A stretch of DNA of 64,000 nt from Tubulanus polymorphus. Lineage: Eukaryota > Animalia > Nemertea. The notes below the pieces were generated by a model, which searched no databases, was not told the DNA's origin, and worked only from the letters and a program-made list of their open reading frames with translations. Positions 43,101 to 57,784 of this stretch are shown here, piece by piece. The position numbers were made by a program, and so were the translations under genes. Location: positions 1,116,001 through 1,180,000 of the forward strand of contig NC_134035.1 in the NCBI RefSeq assembly GCF_964204645.1, written 5' to 3'. Within the stretch, counting starts at the first letter, position 1, and each line of letters begins with the position of its first letter.

Positions 43101-46100
43101 GTGCGTCCCCGAGGACATGAAATATCACGAATTCTTGTCTTTTTACCCAATATCAAATTCGTACATTTAAAATCATCGTGACTTTAAAGTCTTTATCAAT
43201 TGAGGGAAATGTTCACTGTAAATAAAGAATTAGCGATTGAATTGAGCCCGCTCCACAGTAAAAATAACGCGATCAATTCAATCTCGACCGTCTAGTGCTG
43301 CCCCTAGAAATAACGATAGCGTGGAAAACGTGAACTAACATCATACTCGCTTGCCAGAGTCTTCGAACGGCAGTAGTGGACGAACTAATTACCGATTTGC
43401 GGGCCGGATTCCGAGGAAAATTCTCAAACTCTGAAAACTGCTCTGAAACGTTTGAACCAAACAAATTTTCTATAAAAGAATAAGCCTTAAAAGAGTAAAT
43501 TTGAATCGGGGTATTTCTAGTATGGTCTGGGAGAGAGCTACAGGTGTTTGTATGTTCCCTGATTATTTGCGCCCAATTAGAATACATCGAAGAAAAAATA
43601 TGGACATTTTGTCAATTCAGATGATAAATTATCATTCAAAAATGTAAATGAATAAGTTATTCTGTATATAAATATTATATTAATTGACAAGTAAGTGAAT
43701 TTTAGCTAAAAAGAATTAAATATGTTACCTAAAAAATAAGGAAATATCATACAAAATTCAGAACGTATTCAAAGTATCATATTTAATCAGAATTAGGCGC
43801 CACACCGGTCTGTATTGTACGTAATAAGGAAATTTAAATTCCGGCGGTAAATATGCACTACTATTTTAGTTCACAGAAATTACGCTATCGTAATTCATAG
43901 GGGCAGCACTGAAGGGTAGATATCTAACTCAGCCTCGCAATCTTACTGTGGCATGCGAGTAATACAGATATTTTTCTTAGCCGAATTTCGTTCAATGTTT
44001 AATATGAGTCCATTGTATGTGAATAATTCTACTATTGTTTTAAGTTTTTTGAAGGGGATCATCTTTTTAAAACGAATTTCAAACTATTTTTGATAGAACT
44101 CTTTTGTCTGCGGAATGTACTAGTATCCGGTAAAGCGGTAGGCTCACCTGCCAAAGGAAGAATTTCAAGGAAATTAAATTTTATTCTCTAAAATAGTGCA
44201 TTCAACTACCACTAACACTGTAACCAGAAATAATGCTCGGAAACTATTAAAGAAGAGTAAATTTGAAGTCAAGTTCTCCCAATATTTGTTCGTTTGTTTG
44301 TTTATCCTCCCGGTGAGTTCTAATACTGCCAACACATATTTATCCAGTTCATCTGATCCTGATCATCAAACTCAAAAATTCAATAATTCCATCCTAATTA
44401 TGACAAACATCCTAAAAGATATAAATGAAACTTAATAGATTTGAGGCCACCAATCAGTTATACACAGTGTAAGAGTTAAGTCTAGTTACCGGTATATCAG
44501 AGAAATGGCAATCTAAGGTCATAGGCTACTCCCCAAAATGAGTGTCAGGGGTCAAATATTTTTTGTCTCCGATTTTGATGAAGTTCCGGTAAGACATGTA
44601 TTCTGGGGTGCTGATCACAAATCTGAACGAATTTTTCGGATCCAAGGCCCAGAAAATGTGAAATTCGAATTTTTGGGGGGACCCCCTAAATTTTCAAAAG
44701 GCCTTGGACCCCAGAGTTTTTGAGATATTCGAAATCTGATTTCAGATTTGGAATCAGCACCCCTGAAAATATAGAGGACTAAAATTTTAAACAAATCGAA
44801 GAGATTCGATTTTTTGGCTAAAAATGGCAAAAATCTAAGGTGTTAGTCCAGGAGTTTTTTTTCGGCGAAAAATTTTTTTTCTCTGATTCCTTCGAAAATT
44901 AGTAGGAATATGTATTCTGAAGTGTAGATTCCGGATCCGTAATCAGATTTTGAATCGGAATTCATCTTCATGAGCAAATAAGGGTTTTAATGCCCAAAAT
45001 ATGCACCCCAAAAATGGGGTACAAAGTCAAAATTTTTTTTTGGCCCAATTTTAATGAAATTTTGTGCAGACATGTTTCTTGGGGTGCTGATTACAAATAT
45101 GAGGTTAGATTTTGGATCTGAAGCTCGTAAAATGAAATATTCAGGATTTCGTGTTTCGACCCCCTTAATTTCGTCACAAATTTTGATGAAATTCGGTCCA
45201 AAAACGATTTTTATTCAATGAAGTCAAATATGCAATTAATTTTTAAGGTAGAAATTGATTCTCTTACTAAAACCCTGGATTATAATTCCTGCAACACAAT
45301 TACAGGCTGCTTCAAATAACCACATTGACAATTCTTATGAAATGTAGTAAACAGAGTGAGTATCAATCCACTTATAGTCCGGTTAGTTGACTAAATAGTC
45401 CAGTTAGTTCACATATAGCCTGGTTAGTTCACATATAGTCTGGTTAGTTCACTAGTAGTGCGGAAGAAGTTGGCTGAAGAAGTAAAACTGTGATAAATTT
45501 CAGTTGAAGTCCACCACATCTAGTATTTGTGATGAAGTTTACACCACAGCCCGACAGAGGAAAACCTGAAATACTAAAATTGAAATCACATTAACAGGGA
45601 GACTGACTGAGAGGTCGGGGAGGATGGGATGAGAGGTTGGGGACAATGGGGTGATGAGGTTGGGTGAGATTGAGGGAGGATGGGGTTAGAGGTCGAGGGA
45701 GGATGGGGTGAGAGGTCGAGGGAGGATGGGTGAAAAGGGAAGCAAAACAGTACAATTACTCTGACATAGTTCAGGCTTAAGCAAAAGTTTTCAGCAGTTT
45801 TCAGTCACACTGGATTAACAGATTCTCGTTTAACAGAAGAGCCCAGCCTGTGGCAGTGGAAGAAAGGCATTGTAACTAACATGTCGAGTCAGGGCCCGGG
45901 GCCGGCTTCACTGTTGTGTCGTGACGTGTCTGCGTGCGAAGTCAACTGGAGTGAGGTCCCCCTGTGCGTCCCTGAGGACATGAAATATCATGAATGCTTA
46001 TCTTTTTACCCAATATCAAATTCGTACATTTAAAATCATCGTGACTTTAAAGTCTTCATCAATTGAGGGAATAGTTCACTGTAAATAAAGAATTAGCGAT

Positions 46101-47119
46101 TGAATTGAGCCCGCTCCACAGTAAAAATAGCGCGATCAATTCAATCTCGACCATCTAGTGCTGCCCCTATGTATAACGATAGCGTGGAAAACGTGAACTA
46201 ACATCATACTCGCTTGCCAGAGTCTTCGAACGGCAGTAGTGGACGAACTAATTACCGATTTGCGGGCCGGATTCCGAGGAAAATTCTCAAACTCTGAAAA
46301 CTGCTCTGAAACGTTTGAAACAAACAAATTTTCTATAAAAGAATAAGCCTTAAAAGAGTAAATTTGAATCGGGATATTTCTAGTATGGTCTGGGGGAGAG
46401 CGACAGGTGTTTGTATGTTCCCTGATTATTTGCGCCCAATTAGAATGCATCGAAGAAAAAATATGGACATTTTGTCAATTCAGTTGATAAATTATCATTC
46501 AAAAATGTAAATGAATAAGTTATTCTGTATATAAATATTATATTAATTGATAAGTAAGTGAATTTTAGCTAAAAAGAATTAAATATGTTACCTAAAAAAT
46601 AAGGAAATATCATACAAAATTCAGAACGTATTCATAGTATCATATTTAATCAGAATTAGGCGCCACACCGGTCTGTATTGTACGTAATAAGGAAATTTAA
46701 ATTCCGGCGGTAAATATGCACTACTATTTTAGTTCATAGAAATTCCGCTATCGTAATTCATAGGGGCAGCACTGAACGGTAGATATCTAACTCAGCCTCG
46801 CAATCTTACTGTGGCATGCGAGTAATACAGATATTTTTCTTAGCCGAATTTCGTTCAATGTTTAATATGAGTCCATTGTATATGAATAATTCTACTATTT
46901 TTTTAGGTTTTTCGAAGGGGATCATCCTTTTAAAACGAATTTCAAACTATTTTTGATAGAACTCTTTTGTCTGCGGAATGTACTAGTATTCTGTAAAGCG
47001 GTAGGCTCACATGCCAAAGGAAGAATTTCAAGCAAATTAAATATTATTCTCTAAAATAGTGCATTCAACTACCACTAATTCACTGAAACCAGAACAGAAG
47101 CTCAGAAACTATTACAATT

Positions 47120-47500
47120 GATGTCCACGCCTGGCAATATTCGTTAGCCATTTTTACCGTGTTTTACTCCGTCATACTTGGAATGATAATGGCGACATAT
47201 GCACAAAAGTGTACAGACTCGTATCTGGAAGCAGGTCTGGTTCCAGAGCTGATCCTCCCGAATTGATTTTAGCACGTACGTGGGAGTTTGGTGATAAATC
47301 TGTGTAATTTATTTTGCTGGCTACCGTTAATCATCGTTCAGTTTTGCGTCGTATTCGGGGTTCAAATACCGAATCAGGTGGCGGCTTGGCTGGCCGTTCT
47401 TTTCTTACCGATTAACTCGTCCCTCAATCCCCTTCTTTACACCATACTGACTATCGATATGAAATCCATTCGAGCAAAAACTAAACGCTTTCGACATTAA
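47120..47500 (+). pseudogene. GRL101/LGR-like GPCR fragment (TM5-TM7), least decayed copy
   Basis: AWQYSLAIFTVF..., FCWLP, WLAVLFLPINSSLNPLLYT. Matches the LGR/GRL101 TM7 pattern W.AVF.LP.NS..NP..Y. Still frameshifted and 5'-truncated. Confidence 0.82.
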
Positions 47501-49821
47501 ACAATTTGAACTTGAACATACGGAAGCGATGAGGCTCCGAATCTTCCCAAAAACGAAAGTGAAATTGAACAACTTAACTATTTTTCTCTCACAAGCCCGC
47601 CACACCTGGCAAACCCCAAAACCTGCCGAACTGAGTGAGTCTGAGGAGATGAAAGAACTATTTAACACAACGAACGACAAAAAACCCTCAGAGATTATTT
47701 CTATTGTCCGCTTACCACGTCAGATAAGAAACGATCGAACCCTGGCAAGCGAGGAAAAGGTCCCGTTTTGCTATGGCAAACGAGACCAATTTTTACACAC
47801 ATGTCTAATACATATCGATACAAGAAAAGAACGAAAATGAATTCCAACTTACCACTCAGTTTGATGACACGAATCACTAAAATTAATCAATGTTTTATTT
47901 GGTTGAAGATGGTGACGCTTAGAAATCAGGGCCGTACTTAGCGGGGGAGTTTAGTCCGATCTTATTACCATATGGAAAATCTCACATACATTCATCTTGG
48001 TCAGTCAATATCATCCTGAATCTCTGCTAATTTAAACTGCACACGGTCCACACACGGTACATATTCTCCCCAATCCCTTCGTGTCGTAAGGCAGCATATA
48101 AGTTTAAGTTTAAGTTTAAGTGTATTTATCCGAGTGATTCGTGTATAGAATGTATATAGGTTAATCGCGTCTGTCCCGGTCACGGTTCCATTGAGTCGAA
48201 CGTGATGGAACATTGTTCATGTATGAAACTTCAACCTCCAAACGACGTTGATAAACATAAAATCAATGTTGAATCATAATTGTATTGACCATGTTAAGAC
48301 AATTCCTTGAAGGCTTTCATCTAGCAGATATCCACCAGCACCACAGTATGGCGAAAAGGGAATAAAATCAGGGCTTTCCCAGGTTCGAATCCAATCTAGA
48401 ACTCATGCAGATTGAGGGCCGGATATCCCATGTTCGAAGACCCTAATCACTCCGCTTATGCTTAACTGTAACAGCTATCTTTTGTCCAAAATGGAAAACA
48501 AAAATCCAAAACCAAATCTAAGATTTATAATATACTGTTTTTTATTTAGTATCAAAATTAAGAAAGATTTTTGGTCGATTTTCTTCAGTTGTCAACCGTA
48601 AAATATGTGTCTTTTTTAACACTTGTTTACTTTAAAAATAGATGCTCACAATATTCGTCATCAAATGCATACATTGTAAAAACCTTATCATCATCATAAT
48701 AATAATGCGAGATAAAACAAATCCGACATCATAAACAGTACGAAGAATTAAATTCTTCCTTTAACTAACCACATCTTTTTTTCTTGAGACTCAACATTAA
48801 ATTGCAGATATCAATTCATAGCAGCCCGGAGCCTGCCTCCCTCGGCCCGGGTCTTGCAGCCCCTCAGACACTCAATACATTGCTGATATCCTTCTTCTAA
48901 TTTTTTATCGTCACGAATTCTCTCAAATAATTAGTTTGTTATCAAAATACAGTAGATATCAGTCAGATATCACTAAGTTAGGCACATTTTTACAACCCCA
49001 AAGGGTTCAACTTGAGTTGATATCACCTCGCCTCATTAGACATTAGTCATTTTATCAAGACACTAACAGATCATCCAGACTTAACAGTTTAATGTTCAAC
49101 GAGAACTTTAGTATCTGATGTCTCGCACACTCCAGGACTGGGTGTAAGTAAAACGGTGAAAGGGGCCTGAAGTGGGCGCTGATTCCAGGCTGCAGATCGA
49201 TAGCTACATAAGACGAATTCACATGCACAAAATGCTTACAAAGTTAGTTTATAATTTGAAAATGGTTTTCAGAGACAAAAATATATAAATATATACACAC
49301 TAATAATTGCGGTCGATAAAGGTATTGGTAAAATGAACGAATCGAACATTTAAACATTAAAACAGTCACCATATCTGTACATTACTAACATCAAAATAGA
49401 AACAAAACATATGATAAAAATCCCAAGGAGGAGGGTGGTTCAGAGGGGTAGCCATCTTGAGCTACCAGCTCTTTCGGTGAAACAGATAATGTCTATATAT
49501 TCGAAAATTATATGGTTAGAAACATCATCCCGCCGGCCCGCAAAACTGAAATATCAACGGACACCTACGCAGAATGCCTAATTAGACGAATTCATTTTTA
49601 CGATTTCCGAGGAATTCTTCACAAAAACGTAACACATTTTTAAAACATGAAACACTATACAATATTCTCGTAAAAACGTAATCAAAAACACCAAAAGAAA
49701 CCCGCATTACATCAACCAAACAGCGTGTAACAAAACGATAAACCTTCAGGGCCGAGACAAACCAGTTGATTTAACGTAAAGTTTGTTACATGTTTCTAGA
49801 TGAAAGTCGAGCGCAAATTAA

Positions 49822-52634
49822 CTAAATCTTGAGTTGATAGAATCGTCCTATTGACACGCATGCCAACTCGAGGGGTGGCATCCACTGGGTACCCGACTGA
49901 AACCCATCCATTCTGAATTTAACGTCTTGAGAGGCACATATATATATATATATATATATTTCGAGGCACGTGAGTTATGAATATATTGTTTCGATCGCTA
50001 ATAGATATCAGAGACGTACGTATCGGTTCCCGTACTCATAGCTTCCCAAGACGGCTCACAGAAACAGCTCACTTTACCCGAGTTCGGACTCACCGTACCG
50101 TGTCTGAAAAACAAATCAACGAAACGATTTAGAAACTGATGAATTCGAGTCGCAGTGATAGTAAACTAAGCCAACCGATGATCGAGATGATCATCCAGTA
50201 AAAGGACTTAAAGATAAATGAAGTATTCACTCAAAGTCTAATTTTCGACCAAAGAGTTCACAGTAGTAAGGCTGAGGCAAGCATCCTTTGAGTGTTAAAG
50301 TGAGAAGCCCTTTTAAACCACTTCTGTAAGGCAAAAGTGTCACTTATCTTATCATTCGAGACTACAGTTCTCGTCTGGATTATACTAGCAAGCATTAGGT
50401 CGTTACTAAATTTTTTCAGAAGCAAGCACTTTTCAGCACTTCGCAGAATGGCTATGAACCCTAGATTACTTTCTCTACATCTATGATATCGAAGACTTAT
50501 CATTGTAACAATAGTGAGCCAAGTGCACATTGTCGGTAAAGCTTGACTTGGGAATTGAGTTAGCGCATGTCTTGTCGCATTTCAACCACCTACTATGGAA
50601 GTGAGTCCTACTATATTTTGAAATCTATGGTCAGAGTTCAGGTTAACACAAGAGTTTATGTCATAGTGAAGTCATAAGAATCACAGGTCAGACAGCTTGC
50701 AAACTCTCGCAAGTTAATCGTTCAACATACCCGCAAAACTGTTGACAGAAATCATTGCGACAATGCTGATGTGCGTGAGCAGATTGTGACTCCATCGACG
50801 ACGAGCAGCTATCAACTTCATCCATACAAACAGATTCAGCAGCATCAGATACAGCAGCAGCAGCAGCAGTGTGTGAAGATGAGAAAGCAGCAGCAGCAGC
50901 AGCAGCAGTAGGGACTGTAGATTGTTTGTCAATCCGATGAGCATTCTGAAATTATTGACGCGTTAAATGAAAGATTTGACATTTGACTACTCTAAACTCT
51001 AAATCTACCAGTCCAGGTTAGGCGATAGAGTACGGTATAGCCTAGAAGAAACTTAAATTCATTTTCGTTTGCGTTTCATGTCGCTCGAATCGCATTCTGC
51101 AATTCATTTACGTTTAGTTGCGAACGCGTTTGACACTTGTCTGGGACGAACACGCGTTTCAGAATAACTCATCAAATCACCGGTATAAGGCAATCCACTG
51201 TACACGTATTGGTGCAAAAAACTATATAATACAATGTTACCACGCATATTTAGGCATTTTTGTATTCATCCAAATACCGAAAGTTGCACTCGTAAAGAAG
51301 GAAGCTGTTGTTAATACCTATGTGCCTTTGATGCCCAAAAAGTGTTGAACTAACAGCAGCAGCAACTAGTTTCTATTTCGTTCTATCAAAAATGCAGCAA
51401 TCTCCAACGTTACGAGTAAGGTTACTTCTATGCTGTACCGTACTTCGTTGAAACTAAGACAAATTGATTGTTGATTTTACCAGTTGTAAAACGTGTTGTT
51501 GTTGCATGAAGTTTTCTTGTTGTTGGTTCAAAAATCCCGGTTCATTATTGTTGTTATTATTGTTGTTGTTGTTATCGTCGTCGTAATAATGCATCTGCGT
51601 CGCCGATTGAGGAGGCATCGGTTGCGACTGGTACTGCATCTGCATCAAACGCTGTCGGCAATACATCTGAAATGTTGTAACGCCATTTTTTTAACAAATT
51701 CAACAGGTACTAACTACAGAACTAGATAATTTTTCCTAGTTGGGCACGTTCATTTCTACTGGTTTGGCAACTCAGCCATTCTAAGCTAAGGCCTAAACTT
51801 TTTCATAAAATCAGACCCTGAGTAATGAACCAGGTCCCGGCCCCTGTGCACCCCTGGGCAAGGTTTCTTAGACTCGGTATCAAAGTTATCCCTAGGGTTA
51901 AATCCTCAATCTGGTTGACAACCACCATAGTGGTTATAACTGACAAATTTCAAAATGTTCCCAGGGACTATTTTTCTTCCGCATCTATGAAACCCAGCCT
52001 TCTGTATGCTAAGACACGATAATTTCAAATACCTGATACATCATATTCTGTTCATGTTGTAGTTCAGTCATGTGATAGGGATTGATCGTGACCAGCTGCT
52101 GCTGCTGCTGCTGCTGTTGTGGATTATTCTGAATCTCTTGTAGCAAACAACGACGTTTATTTTCCGAAGACGTGACCTACGACGAAAACCAATCATCAAA
52201 CCATCATTTGTTATGTATATGAGATATAATGCCAGAAGGCCTATACTTTAAATTCAAAACAAAACAACTGGAATTTATAGATTTTTTGAGCTGTTAAAAC
52301 TATTACTATACTTTTTACATAGGCCTACATTGAAACCTAGTATACACCTAACCCTAAGCCTCACACTCTGGACCCTCTTCTCACCGGCTCTAGACACTAA
52401 AAATCCTGCTAGGCCTAATTTTCTGTTGAAAATGCTGCCATATTGTTTGACTGGCACTTTGAATAGGATCGAACATGATACCAGTACCGGGAACAGTAGA
52501 CATTTTGACTTTGACAATGAAGCACAATTTTTTACCATATCTTCGCCGGTTTCATTTTTTCGTTTAACAGATTGATGTTGAAGTTGTTGAGACCACTGAT
52601 TGTATTCAGGTTGCTGCAAAGTTCCAGGCATCAT
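49822..52634 (-). CDS. Uncharacterised Q/N-rich protein, 6 coding exons, ~272 aa
   Basis: Exons 52634-52536, 52176-52033, 51666-51481, 50945-50731, 50103-50020, 49912-49822; all GT-AG, phases 0,0,0,2,2 consistent; in-frame stop upstream of the ATG. PolyQ, polyN and polyA tracts, KRK..KRR, C-terminal Cys/His cluster. Confidence 0.78.
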
Positions 52635-52812
52635 CGGAGTTTTGTTGTTTGTTGCGATGTATCAAACTATAAAATGAATGATAAGAAAAGAATGTTCAAA
52701 AATAAGTAATTTGACTTCTTTTTTCGAACTCCTCTGAGTCCTAATCAACAATAACATCACATCCATTCCAAGCGGTTGGTTGACACGGCTACTACACTAT
52801 CACAAACTTTAA

Positions 52813-53046
52813 AGGACACCTGAACATTTTCACAAAAATATGATATTTTGTCATTTATATGTAGAAAAACATAGATCCATATTTTTCATATTCCTTGGTA
52901 GAAATAAAATACGTGGCGAAATTACCAAAGAAAATTAACTTTTGTGATCATTCCGATGTTTTGTTCACATTCGTATTTCGATTATGATATATTTTACAAA
53001 GATTTGATATCTAGAAAAATTCAAAAAAGTGTTCAGCAGGTGTCCT
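52813..53046. mobile_element. Kolobok-like MITE
   Basis: TTAA|AGGACACCTG ... CAGGTGTCCT|TTAT, with subterminal TGAACA/TGTTCA. Confidence 0.65.
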
Positions 53047-56000
53047 TTATACTTACAACGTCGTTGTACGGGACTGTTAACTGTTAAGTTAGGCGGGCCG
53101 GTATTCATAACACAAAGTTAAGTCCCCTGTGTGCTTTAATAAACCTTTGAACAATAAATACGGTGTACGTATCACTCACTAACCGTTTAAAGAGATGAGA
53201 GCTTTGAAAATCCTTTATTTATTTATTTCCGCCCAATTCAATTCAATCAAAAGCTTGACCTTTATCGCGTTATTTCGGAGGTCGTCGAGCTCCGGATTTA
53301 CTAGACTGGTTGCCGCTCAGATGGCGCACCTCAGGCAACCAGTCTTTCAGAGTTGCTCGCAGTGCGCACACTCTCCATTCAGTTTGTAAACACAATCCAC
53401 GTGTTATATGTGTAGGCCCACGTAGTACTCTCCGGGCTGTCAACCCACTAACAAAAAACCACGTCAAATACCCGCCCACCTTCAAGGATATTCAGCAGCA
53501 AACAAAAACAACCAAAGTGAAGAAACAACAAGATTAAACAATTATTCATAATAACACCTTTTATTAAGTTATACACATGGCTACATCCAAAGTACATTAT
53601 TTGTTGTATATAAGTTCATCAGGTTGAGATTCCATATAAATAAACATCAATTAATAGTATAAATAACTAACTAATTAAACAAATAATGCTTCAATCAGAT
53701 CAATTATCTAATCAGTTAGTTAATGTTGTTATGAAGTAATGACATTCTCCGGATTGAAGCGGACAAAACTGATTCTAGCTACAAAACCGTGGTTTTTGAG
53801 AATACTTCACAAACACATATACAAAGGAATAATAATTCTTATAACATGTTGAAGTTATTTTCTGAGATTCCATATAAATCCATCAAATTTATCAGAAAAA
53901 TCTGAACATCATGTACAATTCAGAAAAACAAGTTGCACCTAAAAGATGTTTTCTGCAAATACTTAACTCATTCGTATGGTATGTTCATGAATGAATGTAG
54001 CTCGCGATGAAGAAGGATGTTACCATTGAAAAAAAACCACTTCGCCAAACTTCACCACAACCCTTGAGCCGTCCATCACAGATTGTTTATTGTTGGGATC
54101 AATTCTTTCAAAATCCTTTATCACATAATTTTGAATATTGCATCGTGATATTGCAATGTTTTTTATACTATAAAACATTGCAATATTCTGAAAATAACGA
54201 TATTTCTTTTTTGGTTCTTCTTAAAGTGTAAGCTAAGATGTCATAGTTGGAACGATTATTATGTCCTGAACTGATCCAAATAATGACTTACATTTGGTGA
54301 ATTGATCTAGACTGAAATATGACGACTTAACGTGACTACTTATCTGATGATGCCCTAAACCGATAGATCGACTGCTCTCTCTCTCTCTTAAGTAAGTTTT
54401 ATGAGCAAAAATTGCTGAGAATTAGTATTGAGATAAAGATTCTGCACTCACTCGGTTGAGAGATGACAAGTTACTACAGAATAATCCCTTTAATTACAAA
54501 CATGGTCATATAGACAGCGAACAGAGTTGTCTTAAAAGTCAGGTGACAAATCATATCGATTTAATTTATCGACTAAACATTAACTACGTTTTATTCCTAT
54601 AAAACTAAGCAAAAGGCCGCTAAAGCGAATTCAGGAAAATATCTGAAGGGAAGAAGATGAATGTAATCAGAAACATAGTTTCCATAATGGACAGTAAATC
54701 CACTTGGAGCCACCCACTACTGAAAGGGCTATCCCTTTACCATGTCAAGCCACCCCTAAACTCGTTCATTTTGAAGACTGCGTAATTTACTTGTTTGGAA
54801 CAGAACTGATTCAAACCATCAACAACAAACTCGGTCTAGAGAATATTCACATTGATACAAACTGTCACCGAGTGACAATTCAAACAATCTTATAGTCACT
54901 TAAAACATGGCTGAATCAAAACAGATGCCCCCGACGATTACATAAGATAGACTCCACCTTCGACAAAAAGATATCAGAAGTTTTAGGTATATAAAGTCAG
55001 ATATGGAAGAAAGCGGTTTAAATAGAAATGCTACAACTAGAATTACATGGAATTTCAACCCTACACAAATATATTATCATATCATTCAAGTTATCATTAT
55101 ATCATAGAAATATAAACTAACTTTGAAAAAAATACAAAGCTATGAAGTGTTTCATAGGAAATATCATTAAATATATCGTAACTTCCGAGCGACGAGACAG
55201 CTTATTTTTGTCAGTTTTTTTTTCCATTTATCTTAAGTTTTCTTTTCGAGAATAAAAACTACTACGATATACGCACACGCACGTGCGCGCTACAACGGCT
55301 GTTTAGGATGAGGTGCAGGCGCTAAATATACCGACAACGATATCTCGAGTCAACCATGGCAGAGTTTATAACGACTTACATAAATAAAATAAAACGGCCG
55401 ATTCTGTGTCCGATAATCCTAACGCAGACCGATCCTAAGCGGAATCGTAAGAATAGAACAAGTACTCTTTCTGTCGTAGCCAATCAGCGATGAGCATTTC
55501 ATCACATGACTACCACTGTTCCTACGACGATTTAGTCGGGTCGTCAGTCAAACTCGGCTAATCTTAGTACAGCTATCAACACGCAGTATGGACCCTTCTG
55601 CCTTCACATGCGCTCAGGACTGAGACATTTCTAATCGAAAACAACAACTTATTGCATACTACGAACACCAAACATTAGCTATTTCTTCATACACTTTATA
55701 AACTGATCTCGACTCCACATTACAATATAGTGAACGTCTGAAGAGGTGGTTTCATGCTGCAGATCTGCATAGCTGCCACGTATAACACACCTATTATTTA
55801 GATTTATCCTGACAATTAGTGTTGTTGTGAATGTTCCTATTTTTGGTTGAAACGTTAGTTTTTTTGTTTCGGTTTCTCAACGAGGATGTAAACTCCGCCC
55901 TGGCGACCACGCGATGAAATTCCTGAGAATTTTTTGAAACCACTGAATGGTCTTGAGTTGTCGAAATTAAAGAGAAAATATCTTCTATTCTTTTTCGTTA

Positions 56001-56214
56001 AATATCAAAAGGAGGAATTTACAAAAAAAAATCATCACCAAAACGAACTGAGGACTTTTATAGAAAATCAAGCACCTTTTAAGCCGATGAATAATTTGTA
56101 CAACCCATCGATGTACCGATGTACAAGTATATGTACATACGAGTACATGAATATTACATAGCGAGCTGAACATGTATACTAACAAATGTACATGTGAATA
56201 GACGTAACTAAATG

Positions 56215-56470
56215 CACATGTGTACACAGACACATTCAATGTACATGTGTACACAGACACATCATATGTACATGTGTACACATACACATCATATGTACAT
56301 GTGTACACAGACACATATAATGTACATGTGTACACAGACACATCATATGTACATGTGTACACAGACACATTCAATGTACATATGTACACAGACACATTCA
56401 ATGTACATGTGTACACAGACACATGCAATGTGCATGTCTACACAGACACATCATATGTACATGTGCACGC
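56215..56470. repeat. 27-bp minisatellite ACATGTGTACACAGACACATCATATGT, ~9-10 copies
   Basis: Directly visible; generates the MYMCTQTH-type ORFs. Confidence 0.92.
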
Positions 56471-57147
56471 ATGTACATAATATGTTCGGGTGTATATGAA
56501 CACATGTGCACGTTCATTCGAATATAGACACATGTGCATGTGCATGTGCATGCTTGACTGGTAGACTGACGTGTACTCAGTAAGTTGCTAAATGAACCCA
56601 CGACTGACGATGTATACATATACATTTAGAGAACGTTCCGGACCGGACTACATTGGCGACCTAAGGGAAGCTAGTTGCCGATGTTGATAAGGCTCGTGCA
56701 AACAAAATCAGCAGGGATTTTAGGATCAAATTAGTCAAATCAACGAAGCCACCAACTAGTAAAACATGATACATTTTGATAAGTGTGTACGCTTTGTTCC
56801 AATAGCTACCTCTCTAGCTATGCATGCAGATCAAGTCACCCACGAGTCCGACTTGCGTACATAGTTTGCAAAACGTCCCTTATTGTTATTAACATTTCGA
56901 CGAAATTTCCAACTAAATCTCATCGACATCCGAGAAAAGGAAACGATTTCCATCAATCGTGGATTCATTTTCGCGTACAAGCATCCCGCACGAAAGCACA
57001 AATTCTGGAGTAATCTTCCGTTTTTTTTTCCATTCATTAATGAACCTGAAAGCGTTTCACAAATATACATCGAATAATAGAGCATTGTTTCGTTAATGTA
57101 CATCATTTTTCTTACAAATACAACAATGTTTATACATATATATATAT

Positions 57148-57178
<31 letters not shown>

Positions 57179-57515
57179 TATAGACTATGAGTTTAATTAT
57201 TATCATATATAAGTATATTTCAATAATCGATATATGTTGAATATAGTAAATAGTAATAATATTACATACGTTTAAAAGTCAACATTGAATCTGACACATG
57301 CAGCGTTGTAAGATCTCGTCGAGCCAAACTCAAACGACATCTCTTCCATCTCATTTTGTCTCAAAGTTCTCTGAATTTTATTTAATCGGAAAATTGTTTT
57401 TAGATTTCGTTGGCTTTTTCATGCGACCGCATTATGTCAGACAATTCATTGTAAATTCTCGAATTTTGTACGTTTCACAAAACAGAATGCCCCTAAATTA
57501 GCATCTCATGGTTAA

Positions 57516-57784
57516 CCCTTTCAGTGCGATGTATAAATCAGTGGACTTAGCCAATACACCGCATCATGGTGTATTGATGTCATTGGTCAATAGTTTTTAT
57601 CTCTACTGAAAGATGGCAGCACTTGTCAAACAATGTGAACTATTAGTAACTAACGATACACTGCGCCGCGGTGTATATACACTTAAGTGATGCTCCTGTT
57701 ATTCAACACACTGGGTTGGAATTTCGGAAAATTTTCAAATTATCTCCAGCACTTTTGGGTATTAATTAGTCAGCACTGAAAGGG
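57516..57784. mobile_element. piggyBac-type MITE
   Basis: TTAA|CCCTTTCAGTGC ... GCACTGAAAGGG|TTAA: 12-bp perfect TIR with TTAA duplication. A related decayed piece lies at ~61390-61500. Confidence 0.85.

Larger units (their letters stand above)
40190..49909. repeat. Modular tandem array, block 2, same family and orientation as block 1; runs directly into the unique 3' end of the Q/N-rich gene
   Basis: Homology starts near TTCTAGATGCC at ~40190. Landmark segment at 43273 and 46136. 47120-49909 matches the cargo of the long units. Confidence 0.93.

Noticed and set aside
55985-56499. Cys/His/Met-rich repeat ORFs on both strands
   Set aside because: Produced by the 27-bp minisatellite; no splice or domain support.
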